A stretch of 64,000 nucleotides of DNA from Oscillospiraceae bacterium (lineage in GTDB: Bacteria; Bacillota; Clostridia; Oscillospirales; Ruminococcaceae), in NCBI GenBank assembly GCA_045532595.1, contig JAZSGG010000008.1:969-64968 (forward strand), read 5' to 3'. This document shows positions 26,435 through 36,076 of the stretch, piece after piece. The notes beneath the pieces were generated by a model that worked only from the letters and a program-made list of their open reading frames with translations, was not told the DNA's origin and searched no databases. The first letter of the stretch is position 1; each line of letters opens with the position of its first letter. Position numbers and translations under genes: made by a program.

Positions 26435-29400
26435 TCATGCCAGAACATCCATAATAGAGCTGTGCTGCTGCTTGCTCTGCTCTATCATTGCATTCTGTGC
26501 CTGCAGAAGTATCTGCTGCTTTGCAATCTCTGCAGTTTCTGTGGCGATGTCTGCGTCACGCAGCGTGGAATCAGCCTGCTCGAGATTCTCCACATAAGCA
26601 GTGTTTCTGGAATGGGTATGGCGGGATCGGTTCTCATTCGCACCCGAAAGCGCACGCCAACGGGACAGATAGTTCACCGCAGCATCTACCCTGTCCATAG
26701 CCTTAGCGGCACGGGGAGCAGTCGTAACGCCTGTGGTATTGATGCGCATAAGGTGATCGTCCACCCTTGTTCTGAGATACCAGATATATGTATCCGTTCT
26801 TCTGCCTGTATGGATGCCGATTTCGCTGTCGCTCTCACGGCTTTCACTGCCGTAGAAGATATCATCAGCGGCATTACCTACGAACTTGTCGATATCATAA
26901 TCACCGTTTTCTATGGTGTAGAACATCAGATGTCCATCCATATTCGTGCAGCGGACTATGCTGTCTGTCTGCTCATACTGGGAATTAAGATACTCGTACA
27001 GCTGATCGCAGGTGTATGTGCCTTCGGGGATAGTGACGGAATATGTAGTTCCGTCAAGATCGTAGCTGAAAGTATCATTCTCGCCCGTACGGATCATGAT
27101 TCCGTTGGTGAGATCTGCCTTACCGATGACTTTCGATGGCGTAGGTGACTGAGTAGCTTCATAAAAGATGCGGTATGCAGCACTGCCTCTGATACCGTCA
27201 ATGATGCATTCAAGATCGTCCACCGTACCGTCATCAGGCACATTGAAGCTCAGCACCAGCTTATCGCCGCTCTTGATGGCTGTATCAGGCTCAGGGAGAC
27301 CCAGATCCGCAAGTCCGATAGTAGCTTTGAATGTATCCTGCGGGAACGGCTCGCCGTTCTTATCCGTCATCTTGTTGATGGCTTCCCTGCCCGCTGTCTG
27401 GATAGCTGCGGCAAGCTCTCCCGGCATATATTCACCTGCGGGGATATTGAATTCCACCTTATAAGTCTCGCCGTCATAACGAAGATCGAAAATGAGCTGA
27501 TCGTTAAGTGCGGGATAGATTATTACATTCTTCTTTGCCTTGAACTCATCATCAGTCTCAGGACCCAGATCGTTTCTTCCAACGATATATGTGAGATAAG
27601 AGCCTGTGGAGGTTCCTGCCTTTTCGCTATGCCTTGTAATGCCTGAATAGCTCGCATTCTGGAACACCTTATCAAACAATCCGCCCTTGAAATTACCGAT
27701 GGTGCGCAGTGGGGTGATCGTCGCACTGCGGATGCCGATATTTCCCGAACCATTGGTATAGACCTCCAGTGAATTTGCAGGGAGCGTCTGATTTATACTG
27801 TTCTGAATAGCCTGAGCAAGACTTGCAGCAGTATATGTGCCTTCCGCTATCTGTACTTCCACGGGATAAGTGTTGCCATCCTGAGTAAATTCGAACGTCA
27901 TTTTATTGTTGTAGCTCTTGATATCTATGCTGCTGATAGAATTCTTGCCGAGAATATAACAGGGACTCTCAACTCTTCGTGTGGATGTGGGAGAGCTTAC
28001 ATTCACCGCACGCTTGAAATAGGGCGATGTATTCGCACTGTTAAGGGAAATACTCTTGCCCAGACCCTTATCATTGGTGGTGATAATGAGATTCGTACCA
28101 TCATCTGTGATAGTGACATTGGCAGCAGCAAGACCGTTTCTCAGCTGAGTGGTAAGGTCTGCCCTGCCGGATGCACCCTTATAGACGCCATGGGTGATAT
28201 CAAACTCATACAAAGTGCCATTTATCGTAAGTGCAACGTGATCGTTGCTGTCGGTGATCTCCACACCGTTGCCGCTGAAAAGCGTACCGTACTGATTATT
28301 GGTTGCCTTTGCGGGATACTTAACGGTATTAGTTGAAGTATCGACTTCTCCTCCGCCTGAGGTACTCGCCTTACTGATATACTTATCAACCGCAGCCGTA
28401 CCGCCGAGATTTGACAGCCTGTAACCATCGCCGCCGTTTACGGTCTTGAATGTCAGACCCTTATTACTGCCCGAGGATGCATAGCTTGCCGTGATCTTGC
28501 CGCTGAGGTCGGGATCAGCAGCTATGGCGGAATTTATGGCATTAGTGAACTCCGTAGCATTATTGTAGGTGCCATCGGGGCTAGGGATGGGGATGTTGAT
28601 TGTCAAAGTTTCGGTAACAGTGTTATCGGGATCGTTAGGATCGGGATGTGTATAATCCATGGTTATGGTATTATCCGCAGATGTCACCGTTTTAGGGAAA
28701 TGGGTATCTATACCCTCTGTGCGGATGGATGCAGGATTCTCCACGTTGCCCGTTGCAGGATTATAGTTCGGTGTGGAGGTACTGATAACCTTTTTGGTGT
28801 AGCCTATCCTGCAGGTGCTGGCTTCATCTATCGTGACATTGCCCGACTCCTTCAGAGGACCTGTAAATATCAATGATTTACCGTCAGTACCCACCTTTAC
28901 CGTAGTTGCAGGTGTGCCGCCGTCTGCTGCAGCTATCTGTGCATTTATCTCTGCGGCAAGATCAGAAAGCGAAGTGTAGGTCGTTTGTGTCAGCCTGAGA
29001 TCATAGGTGTGCTGACCTGCTGTCATCACGAGATTATTATTCGTGCCGTCAATAGCATAGGGAATCTGCGAAAGCGCATTTTTTACAGTAAGCGTTGCAG
29101 GAACATAGACCGTATTATTCTCCACAACTGCACCTGAGCTGGACGCAAGTGAGCTTTTTGTTGCTTTATTAAGTAGCGTTCCCGTTACATTCGAGAACTT
29201 AGCTTCAGCACCCGAATAGTCAGACTTTATAATGATATCGCTGCCACTGGATGTGGCTTTTGCTCTGCCCTTTATAGCTTCATTTATAAGACTCATTGCC
29301 TGAGCAGAGGTAGAGCCTTTGGGAATAACGATAGAATAGGACTCCGAACCCTTATCATCCTCAAGATCAAACGAGAAAGTGATATCCTTTTCGGACTTTC

Positions 29401-31591
29401 CCGGAACTGAGAACTGAGTAAGTACATCATCGAGAGTGATCTTTGCGGGAGTCTTTTCCTTCAGCACGCCGCCTACGATACCCTCGGTCTGCTCATAAAC
29501 AGTTTTACCATCAACCACATCCACATTAGCGCCCGAATAACGGATATATGTATCGCTCTTCTGGGATGTGGAGGACTGTTCCTTCACTTCCTGCGTGCCT
29601 TTAACAGTGGAGCCTGAAGAAGATGTTACATTTGCACGGGATGTGCCAGGAACGGTATTTGAGGAGGTCTGATATGCGCTCTCCGTGCCGTTTACAGTGG
29701 AAATGTTGTCATAATAACGGGAGCCTGCAATGAGCCTGTTGTACGCCGAAGAAGTAGTATCAACAGCTATGCGCTCGATGCAGCTGCTGTTGGGACCCTC
29801 GGCATAAAGCTTCAGTGTATTGGATGCATCAATGCTGAACTGCAGCTTGTCCGCAATATCGGGATAGTTGTTATCGAGATAGTCGTTCATTGCCTGAACC
29901 AGTTCATCAGTGGTGGAATAGGTAGTCGGAGGGATCACCACATCTATGCGGTGAACGGTCTTATCGGCTGCTGCAGCCTCGTTGTCATCGGACACGGTGA
30001 TATCAAAGGAGAGAGTATTCTCAGCCGCAGGGATAGGCACCGTGGGACCCAGCGGCTTATATGCAGTGAAGATAGCTCGGCTGTAGGCAGACGAACCCTG
30101 CGCAGGAGTCACCTTATTGAGCGTAGCCGCATCAAACAGATCATACACCATATAGGGACTGGGGACGTTAGATGTGTTCAGCTTGACATCGCACTTGTTA
30201 CCGAACTGATCGGAAGTGATATCTATTCCGCCTTTTGCATTGAGAGAAACAGTGAAAGGAACATCGGCAGCGTCTATCTGCTGCTGGATGGCATCAATCA
30301 GATCAGTTGGTGATGCGTATATCTTTCTGTCCTCGGAAGCGTCAAGCAGATCAAATCTGAGAGTCTTGTTCTGAGCGGAAGCATCGTCGCCGTAATATTT
30401 GAAATTCAGTACGAAATAATCGTTTCGTCCACGCTCGATGACAAGGTCGTTCACGATACGCTTTGTTCCTGACAGAACTGCTTGGGAATTATCTATTGAG
30501 CCATATTTACAGATATCATAGATGGGAGATGTGATTCCGTCCATCTTAATGAAGTTTCCCGAAAGACCAGTGATAGTGGATTCACTGGCTAGACCTATAA
30601 TAAGCTGCCCTTTATCGTTCTCGGTCTTTACCGCCTCCACATCACCCGGGATGCCTGTCTGAGTGAGCTTCTGATTTATTGCATCCACAAGCTGTGTGCG
30701 GTTGTAATTGCCTGCATCGAGCTTAATGGAATACAATGTGTCGTCTGTGTTTCCCACACGGAAAGCAATGGTATCGTTCTGTCCCGCAATAACAGGCATA
30801 GTGACATTCTCATCACGGAAAACAGTAACGCCCAGCAGATAACCATCCGAAGATCCGATAACGGTGTTATAGAAAAGCGAGGATGCGCTGCCGCTGAGAT
30901 GATCCAGTGAGCCGCCCTCAACCTGCATGGTGAACTGATTATCAACATTGACACCAATGATAAGCTCGGGAGCATCATCAATAAGCTCTGTGTCGATCAT
31001 ATCGGCTATCTCCTCAGGAGAATAGCTGCCATGAGGAATGGTGACAGTGCATTCTTTGGATACGCCGTCAATTATATAGCCGAGAGTAAGCGTGTCATTC
31101 TTTGCATTGATCCTGACAGTCTCGCCGTGCTTTACATCACCCTCCACCTTCTCATAGGCAGAAAGATGCTTTTCAAACAGCGGAACACCATTGAAATCCG
31201 CATTATCCGTCATCTGGTCGATCTCATCCAGCAACTGCTGATACTCAAGATCCAACGCTTCACGGTCAACAGCGTCGTCATAGGTGCCGTTCTCTGCCTG
31301 AACTGCTATCTCCTTCAGGCGCTGCAGGATATTGTGTATCTCCTGCGACGCACCCTCAACGGTGCGCACGAAAGAGATTCCGTCATCTATATTGCGCAGA
31401 CCCTGTCTGAGTCCACGCTTAATGGAACGCAGCTTTTCAGACACAGCAAGTCCAGCCGCATCATCTGCCGCACGATTTATTCTATAGCCTGTGGAAAGAC
31501 GCTCAGAGGACTTCTTCAGCTTCTTCAAGGACTCCGACTGCTTATCCAGTGCATATTGAGTTGTGATCATGTTCTGAATTACAAGACCCAT
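26435..31591 (-). CDS. fliC: Giant flagellin (~1718 aa) with a repeat-built central region
   Basis: N-terminal RLSTGYRINRAADDAAGLAVSEK...QRLKEIAVQAENGT...FNG; C-terminal ENL..ADS.LRDAD.A.E; SD GAGGTG before ATG 31591. Confidence 0.9.
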   Translation of the reverse strand: MGLVIQNMITTQYALDKQSESLKKLKKSSERLSTGYRINRAADDAAGLAVSEKLRSIKRGLRQGLRNIDDGISFVRTVEGASQEIHNILQRLKEIAVQAENGTYDDAVDREALDLEYQQLLDEIDQMTDNADFNGVPLFEKHLSAYEKVEGDVKHGETVRINAKNDTLTLGYIIDGVSKECTVTIPHGSYSPEEIADMIDTELIDDAPELIIGVNVDNQFTMQVEGGSLDHLSGSASSLFYNTVIGSSDGYLLGVTVFRDENVTMPVIAGQNDTIAFRVGNTDDTLYSIKLDAGNYNRTQLVDAINQKLTQTGIPGDVEAVKTENDKGQLIIGLASESTITGLSGNFIKMDGITSPIYDICKYGSIDNSQAVLSGTKRIVNDLVIERGRNDYFVLNFKYYGDDASAQNKTLRFDLLDASEDRKIYASPTDLIDAIQQQIDAADVPFTVSLNAKGGIDITSDQFGNKCDVKLNTSNVPSPYMVYDLFDAATLNKVTPAQGSSAYSRAIFTAYKPLGPTVPIPAAENTLSFDITVSDDNEAAAADKTVHRIDVVIPPTTYSTTDELVQAMNDYLDNNYPDIADKLQFSIDASNTLKLYAEGPNSSCIERIAVDTTSSAYNRLIAGSRYYDNISTVNGTESAYQTSSNTVPGTSRANVTSSSGSTVKGTQEVKEQSSTSQKSDTYIRYSGANVDVVDGKTVYEQTEGIVGGVLKEKTPAKITLDDVLTQFSVPGKSEKDITFSFDLEDDKGSESYSIVIPKGSTSAQAMSLINEAIKGRAKATSSGSDIIIKSDYSGAEAKFSNVTGTLLNKATKSSLASSSGAVVENNTVYVPATLTVKNALSQIPYAIDGTNNNLVMTAGQHTYDLRLTQTTYTSLSDLAAEINAQIAAADGGTPATTVKVGTDGKSLIFTGPLKESGNVTIDEASTCRIGYTKKVISTSTPNYNPATGNVENPASIRTEGIDTHFPKTVTSADNTITMDYTHPDPNDPDNTVTETLTINIPIPSPDGTYNNATEFTNAINSAIAADPDLSGKITASYASSGSNKGLTFKTVNGGDGYRLSNLGGTAAVDKYISKASTSGGGEVDTSTNTVKYPAKATNNQYGTLFSGNGVEITDSNDHVALTINGTLYEFDITHGVYKGASGRADLTTQLRNGLAAANVTITDDGTNLIITTNDKGLGKSISLNSANTSPYFKRAVNVSSPTSTRRVESPCYILGKNSISSIDIKSYNNKMTFEFTQDGNTYPVEVQIAEGTYTAASLAQAIQNSINQTLPANSLEVYTNGSGNIGIRSATITPLRTIGNFKGGLFDKVFQNASYSGITRHSEKAGTSTGSYLTYIVGRNDLGPETDDEFKAKKNVIIYPALNDQLIFDLRYDGETYKVEFNIPAGEYMPGELAAAIQTAGREAINKMTDKNGEPFPQDTFKATIGLADLGLPEPDTAIKSGDKLVLSFNVPDDGTVDDLECIIDGIRGSAAYRIFYEATQSPTPSKVIGKADLTNGIMIRTGENDTFSYDLDGTTYSVTIPEGTYTCDQLYEYLNSQYEQTDSIVRCTNMDGHLMFYTIENGDYDIDKFVGNAADDIFYGSESRESDSEIGIHTGRRTDTYIWYLRTRVDDHLMRINTTGVTTAPRAAKAMDRVDAAVNYLSRWRALSGANENRSRHTHSRNTAYVENLEQADSTLRDADIATETAEIAKQQILLQAQNAMIEQSKQQHSSIMDVLA
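26950..31120 (-). repeat. About 11 degenerate protein repeats inside the flagellin
   Basis: Recurring I-x-x-x-N-D/N-x-L/F-x-F...Y-x-V/I-x-I-P-x-G-x-Y-x-x-x-x-L-x-x-A-I-N, spaced about 110-190 aa; boundaries approximate. Confidence 0.75.
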
Positions 31592-31627
31592 GCATAACAC
31601 CTCTGTATTGCATAATATATCAGGTTA

Positions 31628-31656
31628 ATTATAACACAATTTTGCAGCAAACACAA
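31628..31656 (-). promoter_or_regulatory. Extended -10 SigA-like promoter of the flagellin
   Basis: TGT-TATAAT with TTGTGT 17 nt upstream. Confidence 0.5.
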
Positions 31657-31729
31657 TAGTAATAGAACACATTTGGAAAAAGTTACAAAATCACAACATC
31701 ACGTTTGTGCTAAACATCTCCACAAAATG

Positions 31730-31753
31730 AAGAAACGGCGCTTTTCAGCGCCG
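31730..31753 (-). terminator. Terminator of solute-binding protein 2
   Basis: CGGCGCT-gaaa-AGCGCCG then TTTCTT. Confidence 0.7.
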
Positions 31754-31785
31754 CCCCTTCAATCGTATATTTTCAGGATGATACG

Positions 31786-33294
31786 TTATCTGTATTCGTT
31801 CAGAACTGTTTCAACGAGAGGATAGATCTCCTCGCTTCTCTGAGTCCAGGATTCATCACCGAATGTGGTATCATACATTGCAGTACAGATGTTTACCTTT
31901 ACCTCTTGATCGAAGCCGAAGATATAATCTGTTACATATTCAAACTTATCGCTGTCAACGCACTCTCTCCAGAGATCGTATACCTGCTCATCCCAGGTCA
32001 TCTGCCACTTCTGGATGCCAGCATACTTGCCCTGTGTATAGGTGATGATCTCAGGATTGATATGGTCCTCACGAACCTGATCAATGATAGCCTGATCGGT
32101 CTCAAACAGACGGTTGCAGTAGATGAACTCTACAGCGCCATCGATGTTCTTAGCACCCTTGGGAACCATGTAACCGAAGGTGCCTGTAGAAGCATAATAA
32201 TTGTCTGCCTGAGGATCTCTCGGGAAAGGAACGAAAGCGAAATCGGAAGGTGTGTTGAAGATATCATTATCTACACCTGTGGGGTTCTGGAGCTGTTCGG
32301 TAGCTGCGATATATGTCCACTCAGGCTCCATGCCGAGGAACAGGATCTTATCGGAAACACCGGACCATACCTGAGGAGATACCCAGTCGCCGTGGGGGTG
32401 ATCTGTGGGATACAGCAGACCGTTTCTGCCAAGCTCGGAGAAGAACTCGATGGCTCTTGTGATGTTGGGATGATTGATATTGTTGGTGATGGTTCCGTCA
32501 GGAGAAACATTGATCACGGGTGTGCCTGTTGTTGCAACAAAGGAACTGATGATGGTATCGGTGGAGTAGAAGCCGATGTGGCTGTCATCCTGATTACAGA
32601 ATTCGATCATCATCTCGCGCCATGCATCCCATGTCCACTCGCCTGCCACATACAGATCGTAAGGATCCTGCAGACCTGCGTTCTCGATGGTGCTGCGGTC
32701 ATAGTTGAGGGCGAAGCTGGTTACTATTCTGTGGGGGAAATAGTAGTGCTTGCCGTTAAACGTATAAGAATCGATGATAGGCTTCATATCGGACCAGATA
32801 GCGTCCTCAGCGTTGAGGTGACCATCAAGGGACTCGAACATATTCTTGGTAACGCCATAGGGGAATGCCATAGCCTCGAAGGTCATGAGATCGGGGGAAT
32901 CATCCGCTGCAATGAGTGTTGCGAGCTTCTCATAGTAAGCGTAATCACTGGGAGCGCTGATCCACTCGATGGTGCCGCCGTATACATCGGACTGGAAGAT
33001 CATGCACTGCTCCTTGCCCTTCTGATCCACGGTGATGTCATAGAAGCCGAGGAATTTAACAATGCCTGCATCACCGCTGGGCTGGAATTCGCCTGTATTA
33101 AGCTCCTTCGCCTCGTCGTCTGTTGCTGCATTCTCGTCTGGGTCTGTAGTGGTTGCAGCTGTTGTGGTAGTGATACCGCCGGGACCTGCAACTGATGTGG
33201 TCGAAGGAACGTTTCCGCCCTCATCGCAGGCTGTGATTCCGACTGTCATGCAGATAGCCATTGCACAAGCTGCAAGCTTCTTGAATGTTTTCAT
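31786..33294 (-). CDS. Carbohydrate ABC solute-binding lipoprotein, paralogue 2
   Basis: Lipobox ITAC; colinear with paralogue 1 (e.g. PHGDWVSPQV, GxEPEWTYIA). Confidence 0.85.
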   Translation of the reverse strand: MKTFKKLAACAMAICMTVGITACDEGGNVPSTTSVAGPGGITTTTAATTTDPDENAATDDEAKELNTGEFQPSGDAGIVKFLGFYDITVDQKGKEQCMIFQSDVYGGTIEWISAPSDYAYYEKLATLIAADDSPDLMTFEAMAFPYGVTKNMFESLDGHLNAEDAIWSDMKPIIDSYTFNGKHYYFPHRIVTSFALNYDRSTIENAGLQDPYDLYVAGEWTWDAWREMMIEFCNQDDSHIGFYSTDTIISSFVATTGTPVINVSPDGTITNNINHPNITRAIEFFSELGRNGLLYPTDHPHGDWVSPQVWSGVSDKILFLGMEPEWTYIAATEQLQNPTGVDNDIFNTPSDFAFVPFPRDPQADNYYASTGTFGYMVPKGAKNIDGAVEFIYCNRLFETDQAIIDQVREDHINPEIITYTQGKYAGIQKWQMTWDEQVYDLWRECVDSDKFEYVTDYIFGFDQEVKVNICTAMYDTTFGDESWTQRSEEIYPLVETVLNEYR

Positions 33295-33348
33295 GTTCTT
33301 TTCCTCCTGTTGAGTTATTGCCGTGCGCTTATGCGCAAAATTTACTTG

Positions 33349-34821
33349 TTATTTGTATTCGCAGACGAAATTTGTGAATTCGGATGTTCCATTCACTGCG
33401 TAGAGAGCCATGAGCACTCCTGTAAAGCCTTCTGCCACCTCGCTGGAGAGGTACTTCGTACCGCCGCAGCCGAGATCGGTATACTCGCCATCAGCTTCTA
33501 CGCCGAAGCCGTAAGCATAGTTGTTTGCATGGATGAGCAGCTTTGCTATGCCGCTCTTTATCGATACCGATTTCTGAATGTGCTTGATGCCGCCGATGTT
33601 CAGCTTCAGGATGGCCTCGAAGCCGTTCTCAGTATTACGGACTGCGACCTCGTAATGCTCGTTTTCCGTCATATACATGGTGAGACCGCCCTCGCCATCT
33701 GTAACATTGATGTCGCAGCTTATTTCAGCTACAAAATCTCGCTGGCGCAGACCGATGAATGTGGGAGAATCCACCATATCAAGGGTGATATCCGTGCCGT
33801 GGAGAACTGCCTTGCTTTCGGAAAGCTCGTAATTTTCCATGTGCGGATGGCGCATGAAGCACCATTCGATGTTCCATGATGTATTCTCAAAAGTATAGAG
33901 CTTCTTTTCATTCTGTTCGGTACCGTATTTGTTCTCATAGGAGTCTGCGGTGGTGCCGTCTGTTCCGGCAGTGAACCAGCCGTCCTCATGGAACTGCACA
34001 GGTGTCAGGAACACTTCTCTGCCGAGGTGGTGAAACGGCTGCCAGATGCCGATCTGACGGAAGCCGAGACACAGGATATGCCAGTTGCCCATCTCGTCAC
34101 AGATGAGATCGCCATGACCGATGCCCTGAATGATGTTCGGAGCCTTGTTGCGGTTGGTCAGCACGGGATTCTTCGCATAGCCCTCAAAGGGTCCCCACAC
34201 GCTTTCGGAGCGTGCATAGGTTATCATGTGTCCGTACTCAGTGCCGCCCTCAGCTGCCATGAGATAATAGTATCCGTTTATCTTGTACATGTGAGGACTT
34301 TCAAGGTATCTTCCGCCTGAACCCTGCCACAAACAACGTCTGGGAGAAAGTCTCTCGCCCGTTTCGATGTTGATCTCGCACTGGATAACACCGCCCTTAC
34401 CCTCATCGTCCTGTCCGTTGCTCATGAAGTATGTATGACCGTCCTCAAAGAAGAGAGAGGGATCAATACCGCCCTGATCCACATAAATGGGATCGGACCA
34501 CTCGCCGTAGATATCATCTGTCCAGACATAGAAATTCTGATGGGTGGTGTCGTTTGTTGTCACCATGTAGAATCTGCCATCATGATAGCGGATGGTGGGA
34601 GCAAATACTCCACCTGAGCTGTTGATCTTCTCCAGCATCACCTGATTCTTTCTGGTGAGAACGTGGCCGATCTGCTTCCAGTTTACAAGATCCTCGCTTT
34701 CGAACAGAGGAACTCCGGGGAAATACTGGAACGAGCTGCACACGAGATAATACTTTCCGTTTGCAAAGCACACGCTGGGGTCGGGATAAAAGCCCTTAAC
34801 TACGGGATTGTTATATGTCAT
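33349..34821 (-). CDS. GH43 beta-xylosidase/arabinofuranosidase, no signal peptide
   Basis: NPVVKGFYPDPSVC, FAPTIRYH, GIDPSLF, LESPH, AAEGGTEYGH; C-terminal beta-sandwich. Confidence 0.9.
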   Translation of the reverse strand: MTYNNPVVKGFYPDPSVCFANGKYYLVCSSFQYFPGVPLFESEDLVNWKQIGHVLTRKNQVMLEKINSSGGVFAPTIRYHDGRFYMVTTNDTTHQNFYVWTDDIYGEWSDPIYVDQGGIDPSLFFEDGHTYFMSNGQDDEGKGGVIQCEINIETGERLSPRRCLWQGSGGRYLESPHMYKINGYYYLMAAEGGTEYGHMITYARSESVWGPFEGYAKNPVLTNRNKAPNIIQGIGHGDLICDEMGNWHILCLGFRQIGIWQPFHHLGREVFLTPVQFHEDGWFTAGTDGTTADSYENKYGTEQNEKKLYTFENTSWNIEWCFMRHPHMENYELSESKAVLHGTDITLDMVDSPTFIGLRQRDFVAEISCDINVTDGEGGLTMYMTENEHYEVAVRNTENGFEAILKLNIGGIKHIQKSVSIKSGIAKLLIHANNYAYGFGVEADGEYTDLGCGGTKYLSSEVAEGFTGVLMALYAVNGTSEFTNFVCEYK

Positions 34822-35001
34822 AGTAATGCTCTCCTATGTTTTTACTTAATTTAAGTATATCACTCAAATGCTTTGAACGCCTTACATTTCCCGACTGAAA
34901 ATAGCACTTTTCTGCCATAGTTCATATATAAAACAGAAAACGAATAAAATACTGTACCGTCGCATACTATTTTCCAAAGGACTTGTACACGGAGGGAATT
35001 T

Positions 35002-35679
35002 ATGACTACTGAAGATATCAAAAACGCTCCTGCACCTCAGCCTGAGATATTCGTATCCGAGGGAAGCTATTATATCATGGACAGGCGTACCAACAAGCAG
35101 GACACGCCTGCAGTGAACGAAGAGGATTCTGAAAATACTACGCCGCCTATCTCATCCCGACGAAAACACAGAGAATACGAAACAGGTACAGCAGGCTATC
35201 TGATACTGGCACTCTTAGGCGCTGCAGCAGGCATTGCAGTAGCACTCCTATATCCTATCGAAGGCGCTGTAATATTGCCTGAAGGCGAAAGCTTTCTCGC
35301 TGCTTTTACGGACAGGCTGCTGCAATGCGGCGGTTTTCTGCTGGCGGAATATCTGCTTGGATATTTTGCTGCAGGCGCTCTGCTGGTGTGGATGATACCT
35401 CCTGTATACGGTCTCGGCGCAGGACTCATGGCAGCTATTTCAGTAACATCAGGGCATTACCTTTGCATCCTTCCACTGCTTATATATACCATCATTATTT
35501 CAACGGCTGCCCGACGCTCAGCAGAATTCTCCTCCCTGCTGCTGAGCGTTGCTACAGGAAGAAGCAGCATATTAACAGACGGCTCCATCGGCAGCAGCTA
35601 CACGATGAGATTCTGCTTTTCAGCTTTGGCAATGATAGCGGCAGCTATCGTTGAGTCTCTTATCTTGGCTGCGGCGTGA
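35002..35679 (+). CDS. Hypothetical membrane protein (possibly SpoIIM-like)
   Basis: Acidic N-terminus then several TM segments; family assignment is weak. Confidence 0.55.
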   Translation: MTTEDIKNAPAPQPEIFVSEGSYYIMDRRTNKQDTPAVNEEDSENTTPPISSRRKHREYETGTAGYLILALLGAAAGIAVALLYPIEGAVILPEGESFLAAFTDRLLQCGGFLLAEYLLGYFAAGALLVWMIPPVYGLGAGLMAAISVTSGHYLCILPLLIYTIIISTAARRSAEFSSLLLSVATGRSSILTDGSIGSSYTMRFCFSALAMIAAAIVESLILAAA

Positions 35680-35691
35680 CCTCGCATACAC

Positions 35692-35722
35692 AAAAAGAGC
35701 AGTACCATAGTACTGCTCTCTT
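35692..35722. terminator. Bidirectional terminator
   Basis: AGAGCAGTAC-cata-GTACTGCTCT. Confidence 0.8.
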
Positions 35723-35737
35723 CTTGTTCTGTCTTTA

Positions 35738-36016
35738 TCAGAAAAGCTCCTTGGCAAGCCATACATACGCTGTATCCAGCGCTTCGTAGAGATTTGCCAT
35801 CTCGCCCTTTCTCATCTTGGAGAAATCAACGGGATCTGTTCCTGTAGGTACAAGCTGTACCATTACCTTTGTGGGGATATCTACATCCTGAAACTTCTCG
35901 CTCTCACGGATAGTGAGCTTTGTCACGAACTTATCACCCATGCTGCCGTAGTACATCTCATTGCCGCTGCGAACAAGCGGGAAGCCTCTGTAATAGAAAA
36001 AATTGTTTTCAGCCAT
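35738..36016 (-). CDS. Small hypothetical protein
   Basis: SD GGAGGT; last gene of the ABC/DUF4340 run. Confidence 0.7.
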   Translation of the reverse strand: MAENNFFYYRGFPLVRSGNEMYYGSMGDKFVTKLTIRESEKFQDVDIPTKVMVQLVPTGTDPVDFSKMRKGEMANLYEALDTAYVWLAKELF

Positions 36017-36076
36017 GTGAATACCTCCGTCTATATTTGAATTTGAAGCCGTAGCTTCAGGAATAATTGATCTTTA

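Noticed and set aside
26830-31170. Flagellinolysin-type metalloprotease or glycosidase insert in the flagellin
   Set aside because: No HExxH and no recognisable GH catalytic motif found on reading the translation; the insert looks like structural repeats
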